In this document: positions 1 through 10,351 of the stretch, piece after piece | Numbering within the stretch: the first letter of the stretch is position 1 | How the letters are laid out: every line of letters begins with the position of its first letter | Source of the DNA: Thermoanaerobaculia bacterium | GTDB taxonomy: Bacteria > Acidobacteriota > Thermoanaerobaculia > Multivoradales > Multivoraceae | DNA: 64,000 bases | Reading direction: 5' to 3' | Assembly (NCBI GenBank): GCA_965116955.1 | Contig: OZ220742.1 | Span: 2,850,222-2,914,221 of the forward strand | The notes under the pieces: model-generated | Told to the model about the DNA's origin: nothing | The model's input: the letters and a program-made list of their open reading frames with translations, nothing else | Databases searched by the model: none | Translations under genes and position numbers: made by a program

Positions 1-5
1 CGGCG

Positions 6-524
<519 letters not shown>

Positions 525-536
525 AGCGGGCCGCGT

Positions 537-1586
537 TCAGGCGCGGGCAATGGGCACGATCCGGCTCGGGTCCTTGCGCAGGAATCCGGCCAGCCTGGCT
601 GCCAGCCGGTCCTGCTGGCGGCGTACCGCGTCTTCGCCCCCCTCCGCCCTGGGAATCCAGCCACCGGCGATCATGCCGTGGCCGCCGCCGCGTCCATGGC
701 GTCCGACCAGGCGGCGCATGATCCGCGAGGCGTCGGCGCGGGGATTCGTCGTGCGGATCGAGCAGTACAGGCGGTCCCCGTGGAGACCGCTGCACATCGA
801 CCAGGTGCAACCCTCCAGGCGAAGCAGCAGGTCGGCGATCTCGGGCACGATGTCGGGTTGGGCCACCGCGCCTAGCCGGCTCAGGATCAGGGTGCCCACG
901 CCGTAGAGATTGTCCAGGGCTTCGCGCAGGGTCTCGAAGTAGTCGAGCGGCAGCCTGGGGTTCTGGATGCGTCCCAGAAGCCGCGGCAGGGCCTGAGCAT
1001 TGAAGTGGTCGTGGATCGCCCGGTCCGCGTCGCTGGAGCCGCGGCAGAAGTCGAGAGTCTCGCTCCGAATCGCGTAGACGATCGCCGTGGCTTCGCGGCG
1101 GGTGACCGGGACTCCTGAGGCGAGCAGATACTCGGCGGCGATCGTGGCGGCGGCGGCGTAGTCGGTTCTGACGTCGTGGAAGGGCGTCGTGGCCGTGCCT
1201 GGGCGGGCCGGGTGGTGATCGATGACGACCTCGGGCGTCCGCTCAGCCGGCAGCGAGCTGTTGCCGGTCGCCGGCTGGCAGTCGACCAGAGCTACGTAGC
1301 GGTAGCTGGCGAGCTTCAGTCCGCGCGCCTGACGGAAGTCGAGATCGAGCGAGCGAACCATCTCCTGGTTCTCGGCCCGGCCGATGATGCCGCCGTAAGC
1401 CGGCGTGGCGCGGCGCTGAAACCCGGAGCGCAGAACCTTGGCCAGGGCGGCCGCGCCGGCAAGTGCATCGGGGTCCGGGTTGTTGTGAGTCAGGACGAGC
1501 CAGCGCGCCCGCGGATCCGTGGTCTCGATGTACTCGCGGAACGCGGCGAAGCGGCTCCGGGCCAGTTCGCTCAGCATCCCGTTCAT
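537..1586 (-). CDS. DHH/DHHA1 family phosphoesterase (NrnA-like)
   Basis: HNNPDPDA, LVD, IDHH and GGGHxxxAGG motifs. Confidence 0.9.
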   Translation of the reverse strand: MNGMLSELARSRFAAFREYIETTDPRARWLVLTHNNPDPDALAGAAALAKVLRSGFQRRATPAYGGIIGRAENQEMVRSLDLDFRQARGLKLASYRYVALVDCQPATGNSSLPAERTPEVVIDHHPARPGTATTPFHDVRTDYAAAATIAAEYLLASGVPVTRREATAIVYAIRSETLDFCRGSSDADRAIHDHFNAQALPRLLGRIQNPRLPLDYFETLREALDNLYGVGTLILSRLGAVAQPDIVPEIADLLLRLEGCTWSMCSGLHGDRLYCSIRTTNPRADASRIMRRLVGRHGRGGGHGMIAGGWIPRAEGGEDAVRRQQDRLAARLAGFLRKDPSRIVPIARA

Positions 1587-1621
1587 GCTAGCGCCGCGAG
1601 GTTCGCCGGTAGGATCGGCCC

Positions 1622-2422
1622 GTGATCTCGGAGCTGTTTCACATCGGCCCGCTCTCCGTTTCGCCGTTCGGCGTGATGCTCGTGGCGGCGCTGTTCGCGG
1701 CCAGCCTCCAGTTGCGCTGGGGCCTCCGGCAGGTGGGCTCGAGCGCTTCCCGCGCCGCGGACGACGCGGCCGCTTTGCTGCTTGCCGGCGCCGTGGGCGG
1801 CATCGTCGGCGGCAAGGCGTACTACGCCCTCCTCTATGGGGACTGGCACCTGCTCTACAGCCGTGCCGGCCTGGTCTGGTACGGCGGCTTTCTGGTCGGT
1901 GCGGCGGCGGTGCTGCTGGTCATCCGGCGACGGCGGATGCCGCTCTGGCAGTCCGCCGATGCCGCCGCTCCCGCCCTGGCGCTCGGCTACGGCGTCGGCC
2001 GCATCGGCTGCCTGCTGGTCGGCGACGACTACGGCGTGCCCACCGACCTGCCCTGGGGCATGACCTTCCCGGAGGGCCCCATCCCCACCGTGGCCAGTGC
2101 GCTGGAGCGGGAGTTCGGCGTCGAGCTGCCGCCGGACGTCGCCGCCGACGCCCTGGTAGCGGTGCATCCCACCCAGATCTACGAGACCGTTGCCGCGCTG
2201 CTGATCTTCTGGTTCGGCAGGTCGCTGCTCGTGCGCGGGACGACGCCGGGCGGCGTGGCGCTTCCGGTCATCGGCCTGCTCTCGCTGGAGCGCTTCCTGG
2301 TCGAGTTCCTGCGCGCCAAGGACGATCGGTTCTTCGGCGTTCTGACGCTGGCTCAGTTGATCGCGATCGCCATCCTGCTCCTGGTCGCTTCGCTATGGCC
2401 GCACCGCCGCCGCGCGTCCTGA
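1622..2422 (+). CDS. lgt: Prolipoprotein diacylglyceryl transferase
   Basis: GLVWYGG, GRIGC, LPWG, HPTQIYE and RFLVEFLR motifs; multiple TM segments. Confidence 0.93.
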   Translation: MISELFHIGPLSVSPFGVMLVAALFAASLQLRWGLRQVGSSASRAADDAAALLLAGAVGGIVGGKAYYALLYGDWHLLYSRAGLVWYGGFLVGAAAVLLVIRRRRMPLWQSADAAAPALALGYGVGRIGCLLVGDDYGVPTDLPWGMTFPEGPIPTVASALEREFGVELPPDVAADALVAVHPTQIYETVAALLIFWFGRSLLVRGTTPGGVALPVIGLLSLERFLVEFLRAKDDRFFGVLTLAQLIAIAILLLVASLWPHRRRAS

Positions 2423-3243
2423 CGATTGCCGGTTCGGACTCCGGCGGCTGCTCGGGGGCGCCCGCGGACCTGAGGACCTTCGCCGCCTACGGCGTGCACG
2501 GTCTCTGCGCCCTGACCGCGGTTACCGCCCAGTCGGCGGCCGAGGTGCGTGCCGTCGAACCTCTGGGGCCCGACCTCGTGCGCCAGCAGTTGGAGGCGGC
2601 CGAGGAGATCGGCCTCGATGCGATCAAGATCGGCATGCTCGCCGACGCGGCGACCGTCGAAGTGGTGGCAGGCTGGCTGGAGCGGCTGCCGCCGACGCCG
2701 GCGGTGCTGGACCCGGTGCTTCGATCGACCTCGGGAACGGCGCTTCTCGACGCGGAGGCGGTGCCCGTGCTCATGGAGCGGCTGCTTCCGCAGCTTCTGC
2801 TGGTCACACCGAACCTGTTCGAGGCGGAGCGTCTGAGCGGGGTGACGATCACCGGTCCGGACGGGGCTCGCGAGGCGGCTCGCCGGATCGAGCGGATGGG
2901 ACCGAGCGTCCTGGTCACTGGCGGTCACGGCTATCCGGCCGCCGCCTCCCGATCGAACGGCGGCACCGGCAGAGGCGGCGGCGAGGTGACCGACCTTCTC
3001 TTCGACGGCAACCGCTTCGAGGCTTTCGTCCACCCGAGGATCCGGACGCGCTGGCGGCGAGGCACGGGCTGCACGCTCTCGGCGGCGGTCGCCGCCGGTC
3101 TGGGCTGGCATCTGCCGCTGCAGGAAGCCGTGCGGCGGGCAGTCGCCTTCGTCGAGCGCGCGCTGCGGGGTTCCTACCCCCTGGGACGGGGCGGCGGGCA
3201 AGGCACGCTCGATCCGATGGCGGGGCGTCGCGGCCGCCGCTGA
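2395..3243 (+). CDS. thiD: HMP/HMP-P kinase-like protein (ThiD/PdxK family), divergent
   Basis: VLTIAGSDSGG, AIKIGML, VLDPV, TPNLFEA, GTGCTLS; ATG at 2395 in the frame of ORF 1519..3243, overlapping the lgt end. Confidence 0.85.
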   Translation: MAAPPPRVLTIAGSDSGGCSGAPADLRTFAAYGVHGLCALTAVTAQSAAEVRAVEPLGPDLVRQQLEAAEEIGLDAIKIGMLADAATVEVVAGWLERLPPTPAVLDPVLRSTSGTALLDAEAVPVLMERLLPQLLLVTPNLFEAERLSGVTITGPDGAREAARRIERMGPSVLVTGGHGYPAAASRSNGGTGRGGGEVTDLLFDGNRFEAFVHPRIRTRWRRGTGCTLSAAVAAGLGWHLPLQEAVRRAVAFVERALRGSYPLGRGGGQGTLDPMAGRRGRR

Positions 3244-3313
3244 GGCGGGGCGCCCGGAATGCGGCGGGCGGCGCCGGTGGTTTGCCGGTTTGGTCGCCTA
3301 TAATCGACTATCC

Positions 3314-5086
3314 ATGACCGGCACGCCCTCATACCGATCGCCCGCGTTCGCCCTTGCACTGCTCGCCGGGTGGATGCTGATCGCACCGGTTTCCCTGGCT
3401 GCCCAGGAGACGCCGCCCAGGTCGCCTCGCGCCACCTTCGAGGACGCGGTCCACGTCAAGGTGATCAACGTCCAGGTCTTCGTCCGTGACCGGGACGGCA
3501 ATCCCGTGACCGGTCTGACCAGGGACGACTTCGTCCTGATGGAGGAGAAGCGTCCGGTACCGATCACGAACTTCTACGAAGTCCACGAGAGGGTCAAGGT
3601 CGGTGCCGTTGCCGGCCTGGTGCCGGGCGAGCCGGAGGCGCACATCATCGACCGGCCCGGGCTCGCGCGGCGGAACTACATCGTGCCCGAGGACGAACGC
3701 CTGAACCTGATCGTCTACGTCGATCACCACAACATCCGTCCCCAGAACCGGAACCGCTTCTTCCGCTACGTCCGGGAATTCCTGCGCCAGCATGTGACCC
3801 GCGACGACCGCGTCATGCTCCTGACCTACAACCGTTCGGTGAAGGTGGAGCGCGAGTTCACGAGCGATCCGCAGTTGATCGCCAACGCTCTCTACGACCT
3901 GGAGAAGCACACGGGCGGCCGGACGATGTGGGACTCGGACCGGGCCGATCTCATCCGCGATATCGGCGAGGAAGACCGTGACTACTACTTCGTGCAGGGA
4001 CGCGTGCGGATCTACGCGCAGCAGATCTACAACGACATGCAGTTCACGCTCGACGGCCTCAAGGACAGCGTCATCTCGCTGGCGGGCCTGCCCGGACGCA
4101 AGGCCTTCCTCTACGTCTCCGACGGTCTGCCGATGCGGGCCGGAGCGGACATGTGGGAGGCGCTCGACCAGCGCGGCCGCTCGGTCGACTCGATCGAGTA
4201 CGACCAGAACTTCTTCCTCGATTCGCTGCAGTACGACTCGAGCCGGCGCTTCACCGACCTCGTCGACACGGCCAACGCGAACGAGGTCTCCTTCTACACC
4301 GTCGACGCCTCGGGGCCGATGGGCATCAACTCGCGCGATGCCTCGATGCAGGGCATGGCCTTTTCGTCGAACATCGACTCCGTCGCCCGGGACAACATGC
4401 ACTCGTCGGTCATGTACATGGCCGAGGAGACGGGCGGCCAGTACATCGTCAACACGAACAACTTCCGTGACGGCCTGAACCGGATCGCCCTCGATTTCGC
4501 CAGCTACTACTCGCTCGGCTTCCAGCCTGGTCACGCGGGTACGGGCCGGCGGTACAGGATCAAGGTCGAACTCACGAAGGAGGCAAAGGAGCGGCTGGGC
4601 CTGAAACGTGACCGCTTCGTCCGGCATCGTCTGAGCTACCGGGACAAGTCGGTCGACACGGAGATGACCGAAGGAACGCTGGCGGCGCTCAAGCTCGGCT
4701 ACGAGAAGAACGACCTGGAGATCTCTCTGATCAAGGCGGACGAGATCCGCCGCGAGGAGCAAGGTCTCTACACGGTTCACGTCGACGTCCAGGTTCCGAT
4801 CGGCGAGATGACCCTGGTGCCGGTGGGGACCGAGGGCGAGCACCTTCTCCGTGCCCGTATCTGGGTGCAGGCGCTGGCGTCGAACGGCGACATCTCCCCG
4901 CCGCAGGTCGAGCCGTTCGAGCTCACGATCCCGGCCGCGGACCTGGACCGCGCCATGGAGAGCTACTACACGTACACGTTGCCGTTGATCATGAAGGAGG
5001 GCGACCAGCGCCTGACGGTCGCGGTGCGGGACGAGGTGGCGGGAGAAACCTCCTTCGTCACACGGACCCTGCGTGTCGGCGTCTGA
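3314..5086 (+). CDS. Secreted Acidobacterial-type VWA domain protein
   Basis: Signal peptide; VNVQVFVRDRDGNPVTGLTRDDF-like N-terminus; LPGRKAFLYVSDG; MAEETGG; YYSLGF. Confidence 0.85.
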   Translation: MTGTPSYRSPAFALALLAGWMLIAPVSLAAQETPPRSPRATFEDAVHVKVINVQVFVRDRDGNPVTGLTRDDFVLMEEKRPVPITNFYEVHERVKVGAVAGLVPGEPEAHIIDRPGLARRNYIVPEDERLNLIVYVDHHNIRPQNRNRFFRYVREFLRQHVTRDDRVMLLTYNRSVKVEREFTSDPQLIANALYDLEKHTGGRTMWDSDRADLIRDIGEEDRDYYFVQGRVRIYAQQIYNDMQFTLDGLKDSVISLAGLPGRKAFLYVSDGLPMRAGADMWEALDQRGRSVDSIEYDQNFFLDSLQYDSSRRFTDLVDTANANEVSFYTVDASGPMGINSRDASMQGMAFSSNIDSVARDNMHSSVMYMAEETGGQYIVNTNNFRDGLNRIALDFASYYSLGFQPGHAGTGRRYRIKVELTKEAKERLGLKRDRFVRHRLSYRDKSVDTEMTEGTLAALKLGYEKNDLEISLIKADEIRREEQGLYTVHVDVQVPIGEMTLVPVGTEGEHLLRARIWVQALASNGDISPPQVEPFELTIPAADLDRAMESYYTYTLPLIMKEGDQRLTVAVRDEVAGETSFVTRTLRVGV

Positions 5087-5148
5087 ACGACACCTGAACT
5101 GCGCCCGGCGATGAAGCCGGCCGCGGCTGTCCTGAGGCTTCAGCCCCA

Positions 5149-5583
5149 ATGCCCACGAAGATCGTCGAGGCTCTCGCGAACCTGAGCGGACTCGGAGGAT
5201 CGCTGGCGCGTTCGGCGGCGGCGCTGCTGGAGGCCGAGGTCGAACAACTGCGCTACGACCTGGCGCGGAACTGGGCTCGTTTCCTCAGCCTGCTCCTGCT
5301 TGCCGCCTTCGTCTTCGCGGTCGTGTTCTGGGCGCTTGGCGCTTTGCTGTTCGCGGCGGGTGCGGGCCTGGCCACTGTACTGCCGGTGTGGGCGGCGGCG
5401 CTCGCGGTGGCCGGCGGCCTTGTGGTGCTTGCGTTCATCCTGATGCGGGTCGTTCGGGCGCGTGCGCGCCGGCTCGAGTCGCCGGTGGGCACGGTCAGGC
5501 GGCGCGTGGGCGGCCACCTTGCGTTCTGGCGCGGCGTGCTGGAGGACGAGGGCGGCGACGATGCACCCGGAGGAACGTCGTGA
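5149..5583 (+). CDS. Holin-X/YqjE-like 2-TM membrane protein
   Basis: EAEVEQLRYDL amphipathic helix, two TM segments and a basic tail. Confidence 0.65.
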   Translation: MPTKIVEALANLSGLGGSLARSAAALLEAEVEQLRYDLARNWARFLSLLLLAAFVFAVVFWALGALLFAAGAGLATVLPVWAAALAVAGGLVVLAFILMRVVRARARRLESPVGTVRRRVGGHLAFWRGVLEDEGGDDAPGGTS

Positions 5584-5801
5584 GCCGGCAGTCGGAAGAG
5601 CGGGCCCGGGCGGCGGCGCTGGCGCGTCGCCGCGACGATGTCCGCGAGGCGATGGCCGACGTGAGGGGCGCCCTTGAGAAGGCGGGCGGCCCTCGCCTTT
5701 CAGCGTTTCCCGGAAAGGGCGGGGCCTGGGTTCTGCCGATCGCGGCCGGCGCGCTCGGCATCGCCATCGCGTGGTCGCTGCGGCGATTCCGGAACCGGTG
5801 A
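5580..5801 (+). CDS. Small tail-anchored hypothetical protein (YqjK/DUF3618-like)
   Basis: GTGA overlaps with both neighbours; helical N-terminus and C-terminal TM followed by RRFRNR. Confidence 0.6.
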   Translation: MSRQSEERARAAALARRRDDVREAMADVRGALEKAGGPRLSAFPGKGGAWVLPIAAGALGIAIAWSLRRFRNR

Positions 5802-6466
5802 GCGCGCGGCGTCTGCTCCTCTTCGCCAGGGCGCCGGTCCCGGGCCGGGTGAAGACCCGGCTGGTGGCGCCGGGAGGGCTCACGGCGGTCCGCGCCGCTT
5901 CGCTTCAGCGCGCGCTCGTCGCTGACCTGGGACACCGCCTGAGCGCCGGTCCCTGGGAACTCGTCCTGATGTGGGCGTTGAAGCCGGATGCTCAGCCACC
6001 CGCGGAACTGGCGCCGGCCGATGTGCCGTGGCGTCGCCAGGAGGGGCGGGATCTGGGGGACCGCCTCTACAACGGGCTTCGCTGGGCGGCCGACGCCGCC
6101 GACCATGTGGCCGCGGTGGGCAGCGACCACCCCGACCTCGACTCCGCGCGGGTGGAGGAGGCGTTCGACGCGCTGGACGCCGGCCGCGAGGTCGTGCTCG
6201 GGCCGGCGGCGGACGGCGGCTACTACCTGATCGCGCTTCGGCGGGAAGCGCTTCACCCGCGCCTGTTCGAGGGTGTCGCCTGGAGTGCTCCGTCGGTACT
6301 CCGAACGACGCTCTCGCGTGTCGGCGAGCTCGGTCTGGCCGCGGCCCTCCTGCCTGAGGCGCACGATCTCGACACGGTGGCCGACCTCGCCCGCTTCCGC
6401 GAACGGCTCGAGCGTCGGGCCGAGTTGCGTTCGCTCTGTCCGCGCACCGCCGAGGTCCTCCTGTGA
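5798..6466 (+). CDS. DUF2064/TIGR04282 glycosyltransferase-like protein
   Basis: LLLFARAPVPGRVKTRL, QEGRDLGDRL, GSDHPDL, LGPAADGGYYLI, DLDTVADL. Confidence 0.9.
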   Translation: MSARRLLLFARAPVPGRVKTRLVAPGGLTAVRAASLQRALVADLGHRLSAGPWELVLMWALKPDAQPPAELAPADVPWRRQEGRDLGDRLYNGLRWAADAADHVAAVGSDHPDLDSARVEEAFDALDAGREVVLGPAADGGYYLIALRREALHPRLFEGVAWSAPSVLRTTLSRVGELGLAAALLPEAHDLDTVADLARFRERLERRAELRSLCPRTAEVLL

Positions 6467-8007
6467 GGGTCCTCACGTCCGGGGAGATGCGCGAGGTCGA
6501 GGCCGAGGCGATCGAGAGCCTCGGCGTGCCGGCGATCGTCCTGATGGAGAACGCCGCGCGCGCGACCGCGGATGCGATCGTCGAGTGCTATCCGGGCGCC
6601 CGCCGGATCGCCATCGCCTGCGGCCGGGGCAACAATGGCGGCGACGGTCTCGCGTTGCTCCGCGATCTCACGACCCGGGGCTACGAGGCGACCGCCTTCG
6701 TCGCCGGGCCGCTCGACCGGCTGAGCGCTGACGCGACCAGGCAGTTCGTGTCGTGCCAGCAACTCGGGTTGTCGCCCCGGTCGGTTCCGGAACCGACCGC
6801 GGACGACGAGGTGAACGAGGACTACGACGTCTGGGTCGACGCCCTGCTCGGTACGGGACTGAACCGGCCCGTCGAGGGACCGGTGGCGAACTGGGTCGAC
6901 TGGCTTGGAGAGCGCCGCGACGACGCGCCGCTGGTTTCGGTCGACGTACCGACCGGCCTCGACGCGTCCGCGGCAACGCCACCGGGTCCGCATGTGGCGG
7001 CCGATCTGACCGTGGCGCTGGGATTCCCCAAGGTTGCCAACGTTCTGGCGCCGGCCGCGGACGCGGGCGGGCGGCTGTGGATCGGCGATCTCGGCGTTCC
7101 GCTGCCCGAGCCGCCGCCGGGGCCGGACGCCCTCTACCAGTCGCGGCGGGAGGACCTCGTCGGTTGCGTGCGGACCCGGCAGCGCGACGCGCACAAGGGG
7201 AATTTCGGCCACGTCGTCGTCGCCGGCGGGTCGACCGGCTATAGCGGCGCCGTGGTTCTGGCCGCGCGCGCGGCGGTCAGGGGCGGCGCCGGCCTGGTGA
7301 CGGCGGCGGTGCCCGAACATCTCGTTCAGGTGGTCGACGCCGGTTCGATCGAGTCGATGACCCTGGGGTTGCCGAAGCAGGGGAAGGGGTGGTCGCGTGA
7401 CGCCGTCGAACCCCTTCTGCAGACGATCGTCGAGCGTGCCGCGCGCGGTGCGCTGGCTCTCGGCCCGGGCCTCGGGCTCTCCGACGATGCCCGCGTCCTG
7501 GCGCGACAGGTCGTCGCCCGGAGCGCGGCGCCGATCGTGCTCGACGCGGACGGCATCTCCGCCTTCGCCGGCGACGCGAAGGCCCTTCTCGCGCGCGACT
7601 CGGACCTGGTGATCACGCCTCATCCGGGAGAACTCGCCCGGCTCCTCGGCGTATCCGCCTCGGCGGTTGTCGAGAGCCGCTGGGAGCATGCGAGGCAGGC
7701 CGCCCGCGAGACCGGAGCGGTCGTCGTACTCAAGGGACGCCAGACCCTGATCTCGGACCCGGCGCTGGGCACCTGGGTCAACCCGACGGGGAATCCGGGC
7801 ATGGCGTCGGGCGGCAGCGGCGACGTGCTGACGGGTGTGATCGCGGCGCTCCTGGCCCAGGGACTCGATCCGCCCGCCGCTGCCCGGCTGGGCGTTTACG
7901 CTCATGGGCTGTCCGGCGACCTGGCGGCGGAGCGCTGGGGAGAGATCTCGATGGCCGCCTGTGACCTCGTGGACGAACTGGGCGCCGCGTTCCAGTCACT
8001 CGAATGA
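6463..8007 (+). CDS. nnr: Bifunctional NAD(P)H-hydrate epimerase/dehydratase
   Basis: LMENAA, GRGNNGGDG, DALLGTG, HKGNFG, ITPHPGELARL, GSGDVLTG. Confidence 0.96.
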   Translation: MRVLTSGEMREVEAEAIESLGVPAIVLMENAARATADAIVECYPGARRIAIACGRGNNGGDGLALLRDLTTRGYEATAFVAGPLDRLSADATRQFVSCQQLGLSPRSVPEPTADDEVNEDYDVWVDALLGTGLNRPVEGPVANWVDWLGERRDDAPLVSVDVPTGLDASAATPPGPHVAADLTVALGFPKVANVLAPAADAGGRLWIGDLGVPLPEPPPGPDALYQSRREDLVGCVRTRQRDAHKGNFGHVVVAGGSTGYSGAVVLAARAAVRGGAGLVTAAVPEHLVQVVDAGSIESMTLGLPKQGKGWSRDAVEPLLQTIVERAARGALALGPGLGLSDDARVLARQVVARSAAPIVLDADGISAFAGDAKALLARDSDLVITPHPGELARLLGVSASAVVESRWEHARQAARETGAVVVLKGRQTLISDPALGTWVNPTGNPGMASGGSGDVLTGVIAALLAQGLDPPAAARLGVYAHGLSGDLAAERWGEISMAACDLVDELGAAFQSLE

Positions 8008-8432
8008 TCGTGCGCACGAAGAACGTTGCCGAGACCCGGCAACTCGGTCTTGAACTGGCGGCCCGGCTCCGGCCGGACGGAACCGCGCTTCTGTTCGGCG
8101 ACCTCGGCTCCGGCAAGACAGTGCTGACGCAGGGCATCGCCAGGGGCCTCGGGCTGGACCCGGCCCTGGTCCAGTCGCCGACGTTCACGCTGATTCACGA
8201 GTACGACCGGGGCCCCGGGTCCGACCGGGGACCCGTGCGCCTCGTCCACGTCGATCTCTATCGCCTGGAACCGGAGGAGGTGGAGGCGATCGGCGTCGAG
8301 GAGTTCCTGGCCGGGGACGGGGTCAAGGTCGTGGAGTGGGCGGACCGTCTGCCGAACCCGCCGTCCGCCATCGAAGTACGGTTGCGAATGGGCGCCTCGC
8401 CGGAGGAACGGGAGGTCGAGATCAACTGTTAG
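8004..8432 (+). CDS. tsaE: tRNA t6A biosynthesis ATPase
   Basis: GDLGSGKT, VQSPTFTL, HVDLYRL, VEWA; usual position after nnr. Confidence 0.96.
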   Translation: MIVRTKNVAETRQLGLELAARLRPDGTALLFGDLGSGKTVLTQGIARGLGLDPALVQSPTFTLIHEYDRGPGSDRGPVRLVHVDLYRLEPEEVEAIGVEEFLAGDGVKVVEWADRLPNPPSAIEVRLRMGASPEEREVEINC

Positions 8433-8490
8433 GGTGCCGCCTCTGTCCGCTGAGGCCCCGGGAATCTGAACCTAGGAGAACGAAGTACCG

Positions 8491-9342
8491 ATGGAAGTGG
8501 AACGCGTGGGACTGGTCGGCTGCGGTCTGATGGGCCGCGGCATCTCGGAGATCTGCGCGCGGGCCGGTATCCCGGTCACGGTGCGCGAGATCAACCAGGA
8601 CGTGCTCGACAAGGGGCTCGGCGCGGTGCGCGCGTCACTGGCCAAGAGCCTCGAGCGGCGGCGCATCGATGTCGAGGAGCATGACCGGGCGCTGGCGAAC
8701 CTGACCGGCACCGTCGAGCTGTCCGACCTCGCCGGTTCCGACCTGGTGGTCGAGGCGATCGTCGAGGACCTGGAGACGAAGCGGGAGCTGTTCGTGGCGC
8801 TGGACGGCATCGTCGGCGACGCCTGCATCTTCGCCAGTAACACGTCCTCGCTGACGCTGACCCAGCTCGCGGCCTCGACGGCGCGACCGGACCGGTTCGT
8901 CGGGCTCCACTTCTTCAATCCGGTGCCGGCGATGAGGCTGGTCGAGGTGGTGCGGACCCTGATGACCTCGGACGAGGCTTACGACGCCTGCTGGCGCCTC
9001 GCCGAGCGGGTCGGCAAGACGCCGGTCGCCTGCGGCGACAACTCCGGGTTCATCGTAAACCGGTTGCTGATCCCGTATCTGCTCGATGCCGTTCGCGCCT
9101 ACGAGAGCGGCGTCGGCAGCATGGAGGACATCGATACCGCGATGAAGCTCGGCTGCGGCTACCCGATGGGGCCGTTCACGCTGAGCGACTTCATTGGCCT
9201 GGACACGATGTACTCCGTCGCCAACATCATGTTCGACGAGTACCGGGAGACGCGCTTCGCACCGCCGACGTTGCTGAAGCAACTGGTGCAGGCGGGACAT
9301 CTGGGGCGCAAGACGGGCAAGGGCTTCTTTGACTACCGCTGA
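8491..9342 (+). CDS. hbd: 3-hydroxybutyryl/3-hydroxyacyl-CoA dehydrogenase
   Basis: GCGLMGRGI, ASNTSSL, GLHFFNP, GFIVNRL, YPMGP, GRKTGKGF. Confidence 0.92.
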   Translation: MEVERVGLVGCGLMGRGISEICARAGIPVTVREINQDVLDKGLGAVRASLAKSLERRRIDVEEHDRALANLTGTVELSDLAGSDLVVEAIVEDLETKRELFVALDGIVGDACIFASNTSSLTLTQLAASTARPDRFVGLHFFNPVPAMRLVEVVRTLMTSDEAYDACWRLAERVGKTPVACGDNSGFIVNRLLIPYLLDAVRAYESGVGSMEDIDTAMKLGCGYPMGPFTLSDFIGLDTMYSVANIMFDEYRETRFAPPTLLKQLVQAGHLGRKTGKGFFDYR

Positions 9343-10351
9343 GCCGGCAGCGCAGGCCCGGGCGCAGGTGACGCTGCCCGAGGAATCGGTGCAGGCGATC
9401 TGCGGCGCCCACGACGAGAACCTGCGCCGCGTTGAGAAGGCTCTCGAGGTCACGCTCGGCGTACGTGGTTCCGCCGTACAGATCAAGGGCGCGGCAGCGG
9501 CGGTCGGGGCGGCCGAGCGGCTGCTGAACGATCTGGGCGCTCTGGCGGCCACGGGTCGCCGTCTCCGCGCAGACGACCTGGCCACGGCGCTGCGGGTGGT
9601 GGCCGAAGAGCCGGCGACTTCCCTGATCGACTTCTTCCGCACGGGCGCCCTGATTCAGGCTTCGCGCCGCCTCGTGGCGCCGCGCAGCCTGAACCAGAAG
9701 CGGTACCTCCGCGCTATGCTGGACCATGAACTGGTCGTTTCGACGGGGCCGGCCGGCACCGGAAAGACCTACCTGGCGGTGGCGGTCGCGGCATCGGCGC
9801 TGAAGGAGCAGAAGGTGCGGCGCATCGTGCTGGCGAGGCCCGCGGTCGAGGCGGGCGAGAAGCTCGGTTTCCTGCCCGGCGACCTGGCGGAGAAGGTGAA
9901 CCCCTACCTGCGCCCGCTCTACGATGCCCTGTTCGACATCATCGGCTTCGACAAGGTGTCCCGGATGATGGAGCGGGAGGTCATCGAGGTGGCGCCGCTC
10001 GCTTTCATGCGCGGCCGCTCTCTCAACGACAGCTTCATCATTCTCGACGAGGCGCAGAACACGACGCCGGAACAGATGAAGATGTTCCTGACCCGCATCG
10101 GCTTCAACTCGAAGGCCGTGGTCAACGGCGACATCACCCAGATCGACCTGCCGCCCGGACAGCAGTCCGGTCTGAAGCACGCCCTGCAGGTGCTGCGGGG
10201 CGAAGAGGGCATCGCGTTCGTGCGTTTCGGGCAGTCCGATGTCGTCCGGCACGAACTCGTGCAGCGGATCGTCGGCGCGTACGACCGTTGGGAGACCCGT
10301 CACGGCACGCGGTCCCGGGAGGCTGGATCCCCGGAGAGGGGCAGCCGGTGA
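9329..10351 (+). CDS. phoH: PhoH/YbeZ family ATPase with KH-like N-terminus
   Basis: GPAGTGKTYLA, RPAVEAGEKLGFLPGD, PLAFMRGR, LDEAQN, DVVRH; start codon uncertain. Confidence 0.95.
   Translation: MTTAEPAAQARAQVTLPEESVQAICGAHDENLRRVEKALEVTLGVRGSAVQIKGAAAAVGAAERLLNDLGALAATGRRLRADDLATALRVVAEEPATSLIDFFRTGALIQASRRLVAPRSLNQKRYLRAMLDHELVVSTGPAGTGKTYLAVAVAASALKEQKVRRIVLARPAVEAGEKLGFLPGDLAEKVNPYLRPLYDALFDIIGFDKVSRMMEREVIEVAPLAFMRGRSLNDSFIILDEAQNTTPEQMKMFLTRIGFNSKAVVNGDITQIDLPPGQQSGLKHALQVLRGEEGIAFVRFGQSDVVRHELVQRIVGAYDRWETRHGTRSREAGSPERGSR

Noticed and set aside
1519-2394. Apparent N-terminal extension of thiD
   Set aside because: Out-of-frame overlap with lgt; family motifs begin at ATG 2395.
3329-5149. 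Long antisense ORFs (also 6253-7905, 11296-12942, 14406-15797, 31675-33405, 41557-43464, 59314-61272)
   Set aside because: Shadow frames of real genes in high-GC DNA; no recognisable motifs.
5149-5583. Holin as a prophage marker
   Set aside because: No endolysin, structural or integrase genes; this family is commonly chromosomal.
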